From the NCBI GenBank assembly GCA_965216875.1, contig OZ244207.1, forward strand, positions 5,984,001 through 6,048,000: 64,000 nucleotides of DNA, in the 5' to 3' direction. The stretch is from Rubripirellula sp. (GTDB taxonomy: Bacteria; Planctomycetota; Planctomycetia; Pirellulales; Pirellulaceae). Position 1 is the first letter of the stretch. Every line of letters begins with the position of its first letter. Shown here piece after piece: positions 50,957 through 59,715 of this stretch. The notes under the pieces were generated by a model that was not told the origin of the DNA, did not search any database, and saw only the letters and a list, made by a program, of their open reading frames with translations. Made by a program: the position numbers and the translations under genes.

Positions 50957-51880
50957 ATGGTTTTTCGCCTCCCTGTCGTTGCTGATCCAGTCGAAAAATT
51001 CCCTGCCGGTGCCAGCGTCACCGCCACGGGACGGCTGCCTCGCTGGCTCAAACGGCAGGTCCCCAAGGGAAACGCGAACCATATGACGCAGGGGCTGCTC
51101 GATGAGCTGAACCTGGAAACGGTCTGCGACAACGCGAAGTGCCCCAACCGGATGGAGTGCTACAGCCAACAGACCGCCACTTTCATGATCCTTGGCAATG
51201 TCTGCACCCGGCCCTGTGGTTTCTGTGCCGTCCACCGAGGCCGACCCCCGCAGCTACCTGAGGCCGACGAACCGGCTCGCGTCGCCGAAGCCGCCGCCCG
51301 CCTCGGTCTCAAGCACGTTGTCATCACCAGCGTCACGCGCGACGACCTTGATGACGGTGGTGCCGAACACTTCTATCAATGCGTCGTCGCCGTCCGCGAA
51401 CGGACGGGTGCGACCACCGAAGTGCTGACGCCCGACTTTGTTCAGTGCAAACCGTCGCTCGCCCGCGTCATCGAAGCAAAACCAACGGTTTTTAACCACA
51501 ACATGGAGACAGTCCCGAGACTCTATCGCCGCGTCCGCGGACCCAAGAGCGACTACCGCTGGACGCTCGGCATGATGCGGAAGGTGAAAGAATACGACCC
51601 CGACGTCAAAACCAAGAGCGGGCTGATGCTCGGCCTGGGCGAAGAACGCGGGGAGCTGCTCGAAGCGCTTGCTGACTTGCGCGAGTACGGGGTCGATTAC
51701 CTGACACTCGGCCAGTACCTGCAACCTGGTGACAAGTACCTGCCGGTGGTTCGGTACGTTCCGCCAGAAGAATTTGAAGAGCTTGGCGAGATCGCCCAAG
51801 AAATGGGCTTCAAGAAAGTCGCCAGCGGCCCCTTCGTGCGAAGCAGCTACCATGCTCGCGACATGGCCGAAGACGAGTGA
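50957..51880 (+). CDS. lipA: Lipoyl synthase
   Basis: CDNAKCPNRMEC, CTRPCGFC, HNMETV, GQYLQP, VRSSYHA. Confidence 0.97.
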   Translation: MVFRLPVVADPVEKFPAGASVTATGRLPRWLKRQVPKGNANHMTQGLLDELNLETVCDNAKCPNRMECYSQQTATFMILGNVCTRPCGFCAVHRGRPPQLPEADEPARVAEAAARLGLKHVVITSVTRDDLDDGGAEHFYQCVVAVRERTGATTEVLTPDFVQCKPSLARVIEAKPTVFNHNMETVPRLYRRVRGPKSDYRWTLGMMRKVKEYDPDVKTKSGLMLGLGEERGELLEALADLREYGVDYLTLGQYLQPGDKYLPVVRYVPPEEFEELGEIAQEMGFKKVASGPFVRSSYHARDMAEDE

Positions 51881-52074
51881 GCCGTACGCGCTGGCGTCGG
51901 GCCTTGCAGCGATGTCGGGCCTTGCCGCGATGTCGGGCCTTGCAGGGGATGGTGTGCAATAGCAGCGGCTAGCCTCTTGCCGATCAAAGGTGAGCCGTGA
52001 TCGCGTAAGCGGCCGGGCCCCACATCTCTTTACATGCACTCCAAAGGCCCTTGGCCTTACGGCCAACGGCACAC
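51877..52074. repeat. REP mosaic with an 18-bp tandem triplication
   Basis: GTGAGCCG at 51877; an 18-bp unit starting GTCGGGCCTTGC x3 (51896-51949); GTGAGCCG..CGGCACAC doublet at 51990-52074. Confidence 0.85.
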
Positions 52075-52099
52075 GGGAATTGAGGACGCGGAACGCAAC

Positions 52100-53464
52100 C
52101 TAAAGCTCGCTTGCCGCTTTCTCAACGACATCATCCCAGCAACCCAACTCTGCCTGACGCACCAACTTCATCGTTGGGTACCAGCGAGTTGAATCGCCTT
52201 CGGTCAACCACCGCCAATCGGGAACTCGGCCGAGCATCACAGTCACGTCGGCACCAACCGCTCCGGCCAAGTGCGCAATCGCCGTGTCGGTCGTGATCAC
52301 CCCATCAAGGTTTTTCAGGATCGCCGCGGTATCGGTAAACGCGCCGTCGGTCGCATCGACATGGTCCGGCAGTCGTACGATTTGGTCGGCAAAGTCGCAT
52401 TGATCAAATTGCTCGCTACCAAACCCAAATTGCAAGTTTACAAGCTGAACGCCCTCGATCTGCGACAACGGCCTGAGAGCTTCCAGCGGCATACTGCGAT
52501 AAACATCGGCATGATGCTCTGGATTGCCTTGCCAGTTGATTCCGATCCGTCGCCCTGAGGTGTTTGCTTCGAGCCACTTCTTCCAGTAATCGATCAACGG
52601 CTGAGAAACGGTCAGGTAACCCTCGCCACCTTGATGAAGCGTCTCGGCAAACGCAATCTCGTGATTGATTTGGTAGTGAACGTCAACCACTTCGACCATC
52701 GACGCATGAAAATCGACTTGCGGCACAGCAATCTCTTTCGACAGTAGCCGCGTCACGCCAGGTGCCGAGGAAAAGAGGGCGACCATTTCGGGTGCACACT
52801 GCAAATAGACCTCGGCGCCCTGCTCAGCCAAAACCGACGCGCTGCGCACGAACTGAATCGCATCCCCGCGTCCTTGTTCGGCGTAGAGCAGCACTTTCTT
52901 GCCCGCGACGGGCTCGCCTCGCCAAAGCGGTGCGTGGGTCTGTGGCCGATACATGCCTGGCATCGCCCATCGCCAGCGATATTCGTTCCAACCCCGGTCG
53001 TAGTCGCCAAGCAACAAATAGATCACACCGAGGTTGCGATGCAGTTCGGCGTTCTTTGGGTCGACCTTCAAACCTTCTTCGTACCACTGCAACCCGCGCT
53101 GCACTTCGCCCGCCCAGACCCACAGTGTTCCGCGGTTCTTCAGCGCCGACAGGTAACCTGGTTGTTGGGCGAGTGATGTTGCAAAACACTCCTCCGCCTC
53201 CTCGACTTCGCCCAGCATCCTCAGCGAGTTGCCGAGGTTGTTCCATGCGATCGGAAAGTCGCTGCGGATAGCGATCGCTTGACGGTAGGCGTCAACCGAT
53301 TGCTCGAACTCGCGTTGATCAAAGAGGGCGATGCCAAGATAGACCAAGGCGTCCGAGTCCTTTGGCGAGACGGCAAGGACGTTTCGGTACAGCTTCTCGG
53401 CAGCGGCGACGTCACCCGACTGATGCAGCGTCCATCCGCGTTGCAAGGTCTGTTGGTTGGACAT
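52100..53464 (-). CDS. TPR-repeat protein with C-terminal glycosyltransferase family 9-like domain
   Basis: TPR motifs (AWNNLGNSL); AEQGRGDAIQFVR, WQGNP, DTAIAHLAGA, PDWRW. Confidence 0.9.
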   Translation of the reverse strand: MSNQQTLQRGWTLHQSGDVAAAEKLYRNVLAVSPKDSDALVYLGIALFDQREFEQSVDAYRQAIAIRSDFPIAWNNLGNSLRMLGEVEEAEECFATSLAQQPGYLSALKNRGTLWVWAGEVQRGLQWYEEGLKVDPKNAELHRNLGVIYLLLGDYDRGWNEYRWRWAMPGMYRPQTHAPLWRGEPVAGKKVLLYAEQGRGDAIQFVRSASVLAEQGAEVYLQCAPEMVALFSSAPGVTRLLSKEIAVPQVDFHASMVEVVDVHYQINHEIAFAETLHQGGEGYLTVSQPLIDYWKKWLEANTSGRRIGINWQGNPEHHADVYRSMPLEALRPLSQIEGVQLVNLQFGFGSEQFDQCDFADQIVRLPDHVDATDGAFTDTAAILKNLDGVITTDTAIAHLAGAVGADVTVMLGRVPDWRWLTEGDSTRWYPTMKLVRQAELGCWDDVVEKAASEL

Positions 53465-53491
53465 GTTGGCAGTGCATTCCCAAGTGCGCAC

Positions 53492-53532
53492 AAAAAAGCG
53501 GTGCCCTTCCCGAAAAAGGAGAAAGGCACCGC
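53492..53532 (-). terminator. Intrinsic terminator downstream of the sigma factor gene
   Basis: Minus strand GCGGTGCC..GGCACCGC hairpin followed by T6. Confidence 0.85.
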
Positions 53533-53560
53533 GATTGTGTCTTAATTGCTCGTTTGGTCG

Positions 53561-55120
53561 CTAGTCCAGGAAGCCGACCAAATCTTGGCTGCGGCTTGGT
53601 TGTTGCAACTTTCGAACGGCCTTGGCTTCGATTTGGCGAATACGCTCGCGAGTCACCTTAAAGATGTGACCAACCTCTTCGAGCGTGTAGCTGTAGCCAT
53701 CGCCAAGACCATAACGCAATTTGATGATCTCGCGTTCACGATACGAAAGCGACTTAAGCACGTTGCTGATTCGGTCGCGTAGCATCTCCTGAGTCGCACC
53801 GATCTGTGGGCTTTCGGCCGTGCCATCAGGAAGCAAGTCGCCGAACTGGCTGTCTTCGCTGTTACCGACAGGGCGATCGAGCGAAATCGGGAACCGGCTC
53901 ATCGTCAACACGCGACGTGCTTCCTCGACCGTCACGTCGGCGCGACGAGCAGTTTCTTCGATCGTGGGTTCGCGACCGAGCTCTTGCAGCAATTGACGAG
54001 CAACGTTGCGAACGCGGCTCATCGTTTCGACCATGTGAACCGGAATACGAATCGTTCGGCTTTGGTCAGCAACGGCGCGGGTGATCGCTTGGCGAATCCA
54101 CCAAGTCGCGTAGGTACAGAACTTGAAACCGCGGCGATATTCAAACTTGTCGACCGCACGCATCAAGCCGGCGTTGCCTTCTTGGATCAGGTCAAGGAAA
54201 GACAAACCGCGGTTGCGATACTTCTTGGCGATCGAAACGACCAATCGCAAGTTACCTTCGCTCAACTCACGTTTGGCTTGTTGGTATTCGGCGTAAACCG
54301 AATTGAGCATTTTGACGCGATTGCGAAGCGAGGTTGGCGTTTCTTGGCAAGCGGTCAAGATTTGGCGACGTTCGTGCAGCAGCTTCTCGCGAACTTCGCG
54401 ACCGTGCTTGGTGCGTTTTTGGTCGGCAATCAAACGATCGATTTCGGTCAATCGATTCGAGAACTTCTCGAGCAATTCGATGCGAGTTTCGATTCGCTGG
54501 GTACGCAAACCGAGTTCTTCGATCAAGCGAACGGCGCGACGACGGCGGCGGGCCAGAGCTCGCCATGCTTCCGCACGACGACGCTGCGATGCACTTTTGC
54601 TGAGAGCCACTTTCCAATCGTGACGATTGCGTTTGAGCAGCGTTTGCAGGGTTCGCAGGTTGTGTGGCAGACGACCGATGATTTGCTCTTTTTCCAAGCG
54701 GTCGGTCACGGAAACTTGCACGGTACGGTCAAACGGAAGCTGACCGCGATAGACCTTTTTGAGCGTCTTGTAGGCTTCGACGAGAACGTAATGGTTCTCG
54801 AGCAACTTGGTGCGGAAACGGCGACGCGTTTCTTCGATGCGTTTGGCCAGTTCGATTTCCTGGCGGCGGGTCAGCAAGGGGATCTCACCCATTTGCGTCA
54901 AGTACATCCGCACCGGGTCATCCGACCACGACTCACTCTCATCAACGGCCAGCAATTCGTCAGGGCTATCCAGTTGGACTTCGCCTTCGGCCTGTGCTGC
55001 AATCGCGACGGCAACATTGTTGTCTTCGTTGTCGTCGACGGGCAACTTTCGAAAGCCGCCAGTGACAGCTTCGGTACTTTGTGCGGCGACGGCTTCGAAT
55101 TCGTCCAATATATCGAACAA
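53561..55120 (-). CDS. RpoD/SigA-family sigma-70 factor (no obvious region 1.1)
   Basis: [55 protein letters not shown] before a TTG start. Confidence 0.95.
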   Translation of the reverse strand: MFDILDEFEAVAAQSTEAVTGGFRKLPVDDNEDNNVAVAIAAQAEGEVQLDSPDELLAVDESESWSDDPVRMYLTQMGEIPLLTRRQEIELAKRIEETRRRFRTKLLENHYVLVEAYKTLKKVYRGQLPFDRTVQVSVTDRLEKEQIIGRLPHNLRTLQTLLKRNRHDWKVALSKSASQRRRAEAWRALARRRRRAVRLIEELGLRTQRIETRIELLEKFSNRLTEIDRLIADQKRTKHGREVREKLLHERRQILTACQETPTSLRNRVKMLNSVYAEYQQAKRELSEGNLRLVVSIAKKYRNRGLSFLDLIQEGNAGLMRAVDKFEYRRGFKFCTYATWWIRQAITRAVADQSRTIRIPVHMVETMSRVRNVARQLLQELGREPTIEETARRADVTVEEARRVLTMSRFPISLDRPVGNSEDSQFGDLLPDGTAESPQIGATQEMLRDRISNVLKSLSYREREIIKLRYGLGDGYSYTLEEVGHIFKVTRERIRQIEAKAVRKLQQPSRSQDLVGFLD

Positions 55121-56305
55121 GAGAGGAACTCCTCGCGGAAGCGGTATGATTGCGTGGTGTAAGGGAGTGTTGACGTGCTTGGCAGCGAGTCCAATGGACC
55201 GATTGAATCCAAAATTCCGGGGCGACCTTGATTCTATTTGCGGCTGAACATCGGCCTGGCGGATCGCAGTGGGGCAGCGAAGGATCCGGCGTGAGGCACC
55301 AGGATGAAAGTAATCAAGGACGAGGCGGCGTTACGTTTGGTTCATTCGATTGGGGCTTGGCACGTGAGCATCAAACGGTGTTCAGCTTGGCTGTCAGTTA
55401 CAGCGAAGCATCGAGCGTGGTCAAAGGGAAAACAAAGTCAAACGAAAATATCAGGTTGGCAGTAAAAGTCTTGGTTCGTTTCGTATTCAAACGAGGCGCT
55501 TTTTGTTGAAACACAGCAAACGCCAGTTGGTTGTGGTATTCCCATTAGCAAAACACGTGACTGCTTGTCGCAGCGGTGATGACCTTTAGAAGGAGAGGGC
55601 TCGTGAACAGTTTTGCGAAAAAGCGAATCTGGTCGCGATTAACTCTACCACCCGTTATCTAATGCACCTTGTCACGTTCTGGAAATGGAAAAACTTTCTG
55701 TTTGGGGGAGTCGTTCGCAATGAGTCGTCACTGTCGAACAGAAAACCAACCACCAGACATACCGGTCGCACGTTTCTCTCAACTCAACCAAAAAACTCGC
55801 CCATGACTTTATGGAAGCAACTGCTGGAGAGTCGCGGGCGGAAGAGAAACGGGTCACGATCTACCGCTGCATCACTGCTAGCGCGGAAGTCAATTCCCCA
55901 GTTCCATCGATTGCGTCACCCAGACCTCTAAAAACCTGGTGCTCCAGCTGACTTATTCCAAGGTGTTGAACCAAGTTGTCAGCGATGACGTAATCGAAAA
56001 TGTTCCCCCCGGTCCGAAATCAATCTCAAGCCGTTGGCTTCGATGCCCTCCTGGCAGCACTCGGCGTTATCGACCACGCTAGATGTGACTCGATTCATTC
56101 GGATCACGTTGACGAACAAAACAGTTCGTTATTGTTGCCAGCTACCCTGTGGAGACCTCCAGGCCTTCGAGAACCGTCTTGTCGTTAGCTCTCTCAGCGG
56201 GCGCGGCATAAGTTGGGCGGTGGTGCCGTTTGCTGTCTAGGATTTTAGTCCCCACCAACGCCCGGTCCAGTCGTCTAAGCTTCAAATATTCTTCATTTAA
56301 GCATC

Positions 56306-56860
56306 ATGCATCTGCTCCCCTGCCCCTCCTGTGAATCGTCCATTGAGGTAGCCCCCTCCCAGGCGGGCAACCAAATAACTTGCCCATCCTGCGGCGCCTC
56401 CGTCCCGATCCCTAAACTCGGCCAGCTTCGCCAATTGCCCCGAGCTGAGCAGTCGGATCAGGTAAGGGACGCTGGTGCTGCTCGCGAAGCTGGGGGGGGC
56501 GGCGGATCGATAGCATTTGGGCTATTGGGATTGATTGCCACGGCAAGTTTATTGATCGCGGGATTCTGCGCCGTTCGCTGGGTGCTGATGGAGGTGCCTA
56601 CGGACACCGAATCGCACATCGCCGAGCTTCAAGCAGCCTACAAAGACCTCAAACCTGCCGAGTTGATTCGCGAATACGAGCAGATGGAAGAGTTCGGACT
56701 CGACATGCCGATGCCCTACAAATACCACACCGCACAGATGGAACGGGCGGTGTGGGGCCGCAATTCCCTGATCGCGGGCGGAGTGTTTTTAATCTCACTC
56801 GCCGCCGCCGTCATGCTCGGCATGACTCGCCCAAGAACTTCTGGCACGACGGACACTTAG
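56306..56860 (+). CDS. Zinc-ribbon membrane protein
   Basis: CPSC..CPSC N-terminus and two TM helices. Confidence 0.82.
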   Translation: MHLLPCPSCESSIEVAPSQAGNQITCPSCGASVPIPKLGQLRQLPRAEQSDQVRDAGAAREAGGGGGSIAFGLLGLIATASLLIAGFCAVRWVLMEVPTDTESHIAELQAAYKDLKPAELIREYEQMEEFGLDMPMPYKYHTAQMERAVWGRNSLIAGGVFLISLAAAVMLGMTRPRTSGTTDT

Positions 56861-56952
56861 GCAAAACGGAACCCAACGCTTGGGTGCGATGCGCCGTCGT
56901 GGCCAGTGAAATTTTGTCTGCTAGTTCAGGATGCCCAACCGAGCCTTTCCGA

Positions 56953-57741
56953 TCAGTCTTGCTTGCGTCTAAGCACGTAGACGACATCTTCGGTTGAATC
57001 GTCGACCGTGATCGGATCGCCAAGATCGTAGGCAAAGTCGTAGGTCGCGACCGATTCCCAGCACTTGCTCGACCGAATCAAACGGTTCATTTGTTTCGGT
57101 GTGTAACTGCGCAAAACAAGCTCGTCGACAATTCGAAAACTGCGCGACGGCGAATGCACGTCAAACCGAATACCAAATCGCTCGACGCGGTTTTCCACAT
57201 CGCGGTCATTGGTCCACATGTGCGTGCTAATCGACAGGTGACCACGTCGAGCCGACCAGGACTCGGTCTCACTCGGCGCAACCGCGGTTGGCGTCAGATG
57301 GACGCCAAGCAGGTACAACCCTCCTGGCCGCACCGCTTTGCCCATGCATTCAAGATGGCCCCGCGCAGCCGCCTCACTGGAGAGGTGACGAAAGCTATTG
57401 ATGGTGTTGAAAGCCACATCAAACTTGCGGCGGACTTTGAAGTCGGACATGTCATCGACAGTGGCTCGAAAGGGCATGCCATGACGTTCGAAGCGGGCGT
57501 TGCAGAATTCAACCGCCTTTGGATTCAGATCGAGACCACCAACTTGATATCCCTTGCGCGACAGTGCATAAAGCAATCGGCCCGTTCCGCAGGCTGGTTC
57601 GTAAAGCCACTTCGCTTTGCGACCTTCGAGGTATGCCTCTGCGCAGCCGAGGATGAATTTGACTTCTGCCGCACAGTCGGCTCCGAAGACCAAGTCGTAG
57701 TACTTGGGATGGTCGTAGATTGATTCGCTAATCGTTTCCAA
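56953..57741 (-). CDS. Class I SAM-dependent methyltransferase
   Basis: YEPACGTGR, GLDLN, DMSDF, VRPGGLY. Confidence 0.92.
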   Translation of the reverse strand: METISESIYDHPKYYDLVFGADCAAEVKFILGCAEAYLEGRKAKWLYEPACGTGRLLYALSRKGYQVGGLDLNPKAVEFCNARFERHGMPFRATVDDMSDFKVRRKFDVAFNTINSFRHLSSEAAARGHLECMGKAVRPGGLYLLGVHLTPTAVAPSETESWSARRGHLSISTHMWTNDRDVENRVERFGIRFDVHSPSRSFRIVDELVLRSYTPKQMNRLIRSSKCWESVATYDFAYDLGDPITVDDSTEDVVYVLRRKQD

Positions 57742-57809
57742 ATCACTTCCCTATCGAAAGTCATTGCCGGCAGTCGCTCGTGCGGGCAGCCCAAGATCCC
57801 GAGACGAAA

Positions 57810-58355
57810 CTAGCGGACCGGATCGAAACCAAGTGCGCGGCGAAGCATCCCGAGCTGTCCTGCATGAATGTGTTCGTGCAGCGGGCAAAACAGAACAGCG
57901 CCCAAGTTGACTGGGTAGGCGGCGTAGGGCATGTCGACCGGCCGGAGTAGAACTTCGGGTGTGACTTCGCAGAGTTGCTCCAGGCCGAGGCGGTGCACTT
58001 CGGACATCCGCTCGAGCAGCTCGGTGGGAGAAGGTTGTTTCGACGGATCGGCAGAGGGTGTCGATCCGCGACTGTAGGCCTTTCGGAACTTGCTGGGGAT
58101 GAGCTGCACATCCTCGGGAGTGCGGCCGCGGAGTCGGAAGAGGAGCAACCCGTACTGACTGACCGTCAGATGGCCGACTTGCCATGCGACGTTGGTAGGC
58201 AAGCTGTCGGGGATTGTGAACCACTGGTCGTGCGGCACCGATTCGATCAGCTCGAGGGTGTAGTTGCGAGCAAATTCGATTTGCCCAATCGCACCCTGGA
58301 GCATTTGGAGGGCAGCATCTTCATCGGGCAGCGCCCGTCCGTTTTCGTCACTCAT
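57810..58355 (-). CDS. DinB/YfiT family protein
   Basis: NVAWQVGHL, HEHIHAGQL. Confidence 0.9.
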   Translation of the reverse strand: MSDENGRALPDEDAALQMLQGAIGQIEFARNYTLELIESVPHDQWFTIPDSLPTNVAWQVGHLTVSQYGLLLFRLRGRTPEDVQLIPSKFRKAYSRGSTPSADPSKQPSPTELLERMSEVHRLGLEQLCEVTPEVLLRPVDMPYAAYPVNLGAVLFCPLHEHIHAGQLGMLRRALGFDPVR

Positions 58356-58385
58356 GCTAGCAAGCATAACGCCCCGCCCCCACAA

Positions 58386-58693
58386 GGGGACAGCCACCCA
58401 ACAATTGCCTGTCCCCGTCCAGGGGACAGGCACCCGATAGACACCTCACGCAGACAATCTGACTGTTAGCAATGCCTGTCCCCGTGTTTGAGGAAGAGTG
58501 GAACTCTAGCGAGCAAGAGAAAACAGGGGACACGCACCCAAGTTATGCCTGTCCCCTTGCGCCCCAAGCAATCACAGGGACAGCCACTTTGGAAAGACAA
58601 TCTGACTCGCAGTAGTGCCTGTCCCCATGTTCTGCGCGAGTCATGCCTGTCCCCTATAGGACGGCGCGGTGCAAGCAACTTATGCCTGTCCCC
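58386..58693. repeat. Array of TGCCTGTCCCC / GGGGACAGGCA motifs
   Basis: Exact TGCCTGTCCCC at 58406, 58473, 58546, 58616, 58644 and 58683; inverted copies near 58386, 58422, 58526 and 58577. Confidence 0.92.
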
Positions 58694-58720
58694 TGGCGCG
58701 AGGGAGGGTGACGGGGTTTG

Positions 58721-59152
58721 CTAGCCAGCTTTCTTGACTCGCTTCTTTCGCGTCGGCTTGGCGACGAGGCGGATTTCAGGGAAGACCGGACGGCCACCGT
58801 GAAAGGTTCGGCGACCATCGATACTGTGGTCAAAAACGAACGCTCCCCCTGGCATCCCCGAGCGTGGCGACACCCGCAAAATTGCGGGATGACCGCACTC
58901 GGTGCACTGGATTCGCAACCCGTGCCCGTCAAGCAACTGATGAATCGACTCAACCAGCTTCCGATTCTGCTCGATGTCCCCCATCGTCGTCCCGGTCAAT
59001 GACGCCAACTGCGCCTGAATCGTCAGCCGAACCGTGCGTTGCAGCCGATTGAGCTGCAATTCCAACTCCTTCAGCGTCACCGAGGCCTCGCCCTGAAGCC
59101 CGTCTGCCGGCAAATCGGCGTCCTTTCGCTCGTCTTTTGGCATCTGACTCAT
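58721..59152 (-). CDS. Hypothetical protein with coiled coil and putative CxxC..H..H zinc site
   Basis: From ATG 59152: LKELELQLNRL, CTECGHP, FVFDH..TFHGG, basic tail. Confidence 0.7.
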   Translation of the reverse strand: MSQMPKDERKDADLPADGLQGEASVTLKELELQLNRLQRTVRLTIQAQLASLTGTTMGDIEQNRKLVESIHQLLDGHGLRIQCTECGHPAILRVSPRSGMPGGAFVFDHSIDGRRTFHGGRPVFPEIRLVAKPTRKKRVKKAG

Positions 59153-59715
59153 AGAAAACGCTGAAAAAGCCCCAGGATAGTTGCCCCACCTGGCCAGGGA
59201 CCAAAGGTGTCGACCGTTACGAATAAAACCTAGACGACACGATTTGCCAAAAAGTGCCCGACATCTGTAGACGAGTTTATACAAATTGTATAACCTGTCC
59301 AGGACCGCTGCGAGGGAAACGGCATTCCCCCTCCAGAATCGGGGACAAAACGAGTCGCAGCTGCCACGCCTCTGTTGTCTTGCAGACCTCCGGCTCAAAC
59401 CCAATCCAACGTCTTTGCGGATCCGTGCAGAGACCAACTTGCCGCAACCAAGGTCTAACGCCAACAGAATCCCGACTTCAGGGGCGGAATCCCGATCTCT
59501 AAGACCTACGAGACCCGAAAAAGCCGCGAGTTGTGATGCAAAAAAGCAACACCCCGACCCAGGAAAAAACGCACTAGACGCCACAACCAATACGGCCAAC
59601 CAACCCAGGCCATGAATCTTGCCTTCCCGTCAAGGTCAACATGGCGGCAGATTCGCGGATTCACTACTGTCAAACCTTCCAAACCCGTTCATTTCCATAG
59701 GCATTCGAGCCACAC

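Noticed and set aside
53984..55162. 392-aa plus-strand ORF
   Set aside because: Antisense shadow of the highly conserved sigma-70 gene; no recognisable motifs.
55547..55562. Sigma54 promoter on the minus strand (AGTCACGTGTTTTGCT)
   Set aside because: The invariant -24 GG reads GT, so it is only a near match.
58386..58693. CRISPR array
   Set aside because: The repeat is only 11 bp, occurs in both orientations with irregular spacing (28-73 bp), loop sequences recur, and there are no cas genes in the window.
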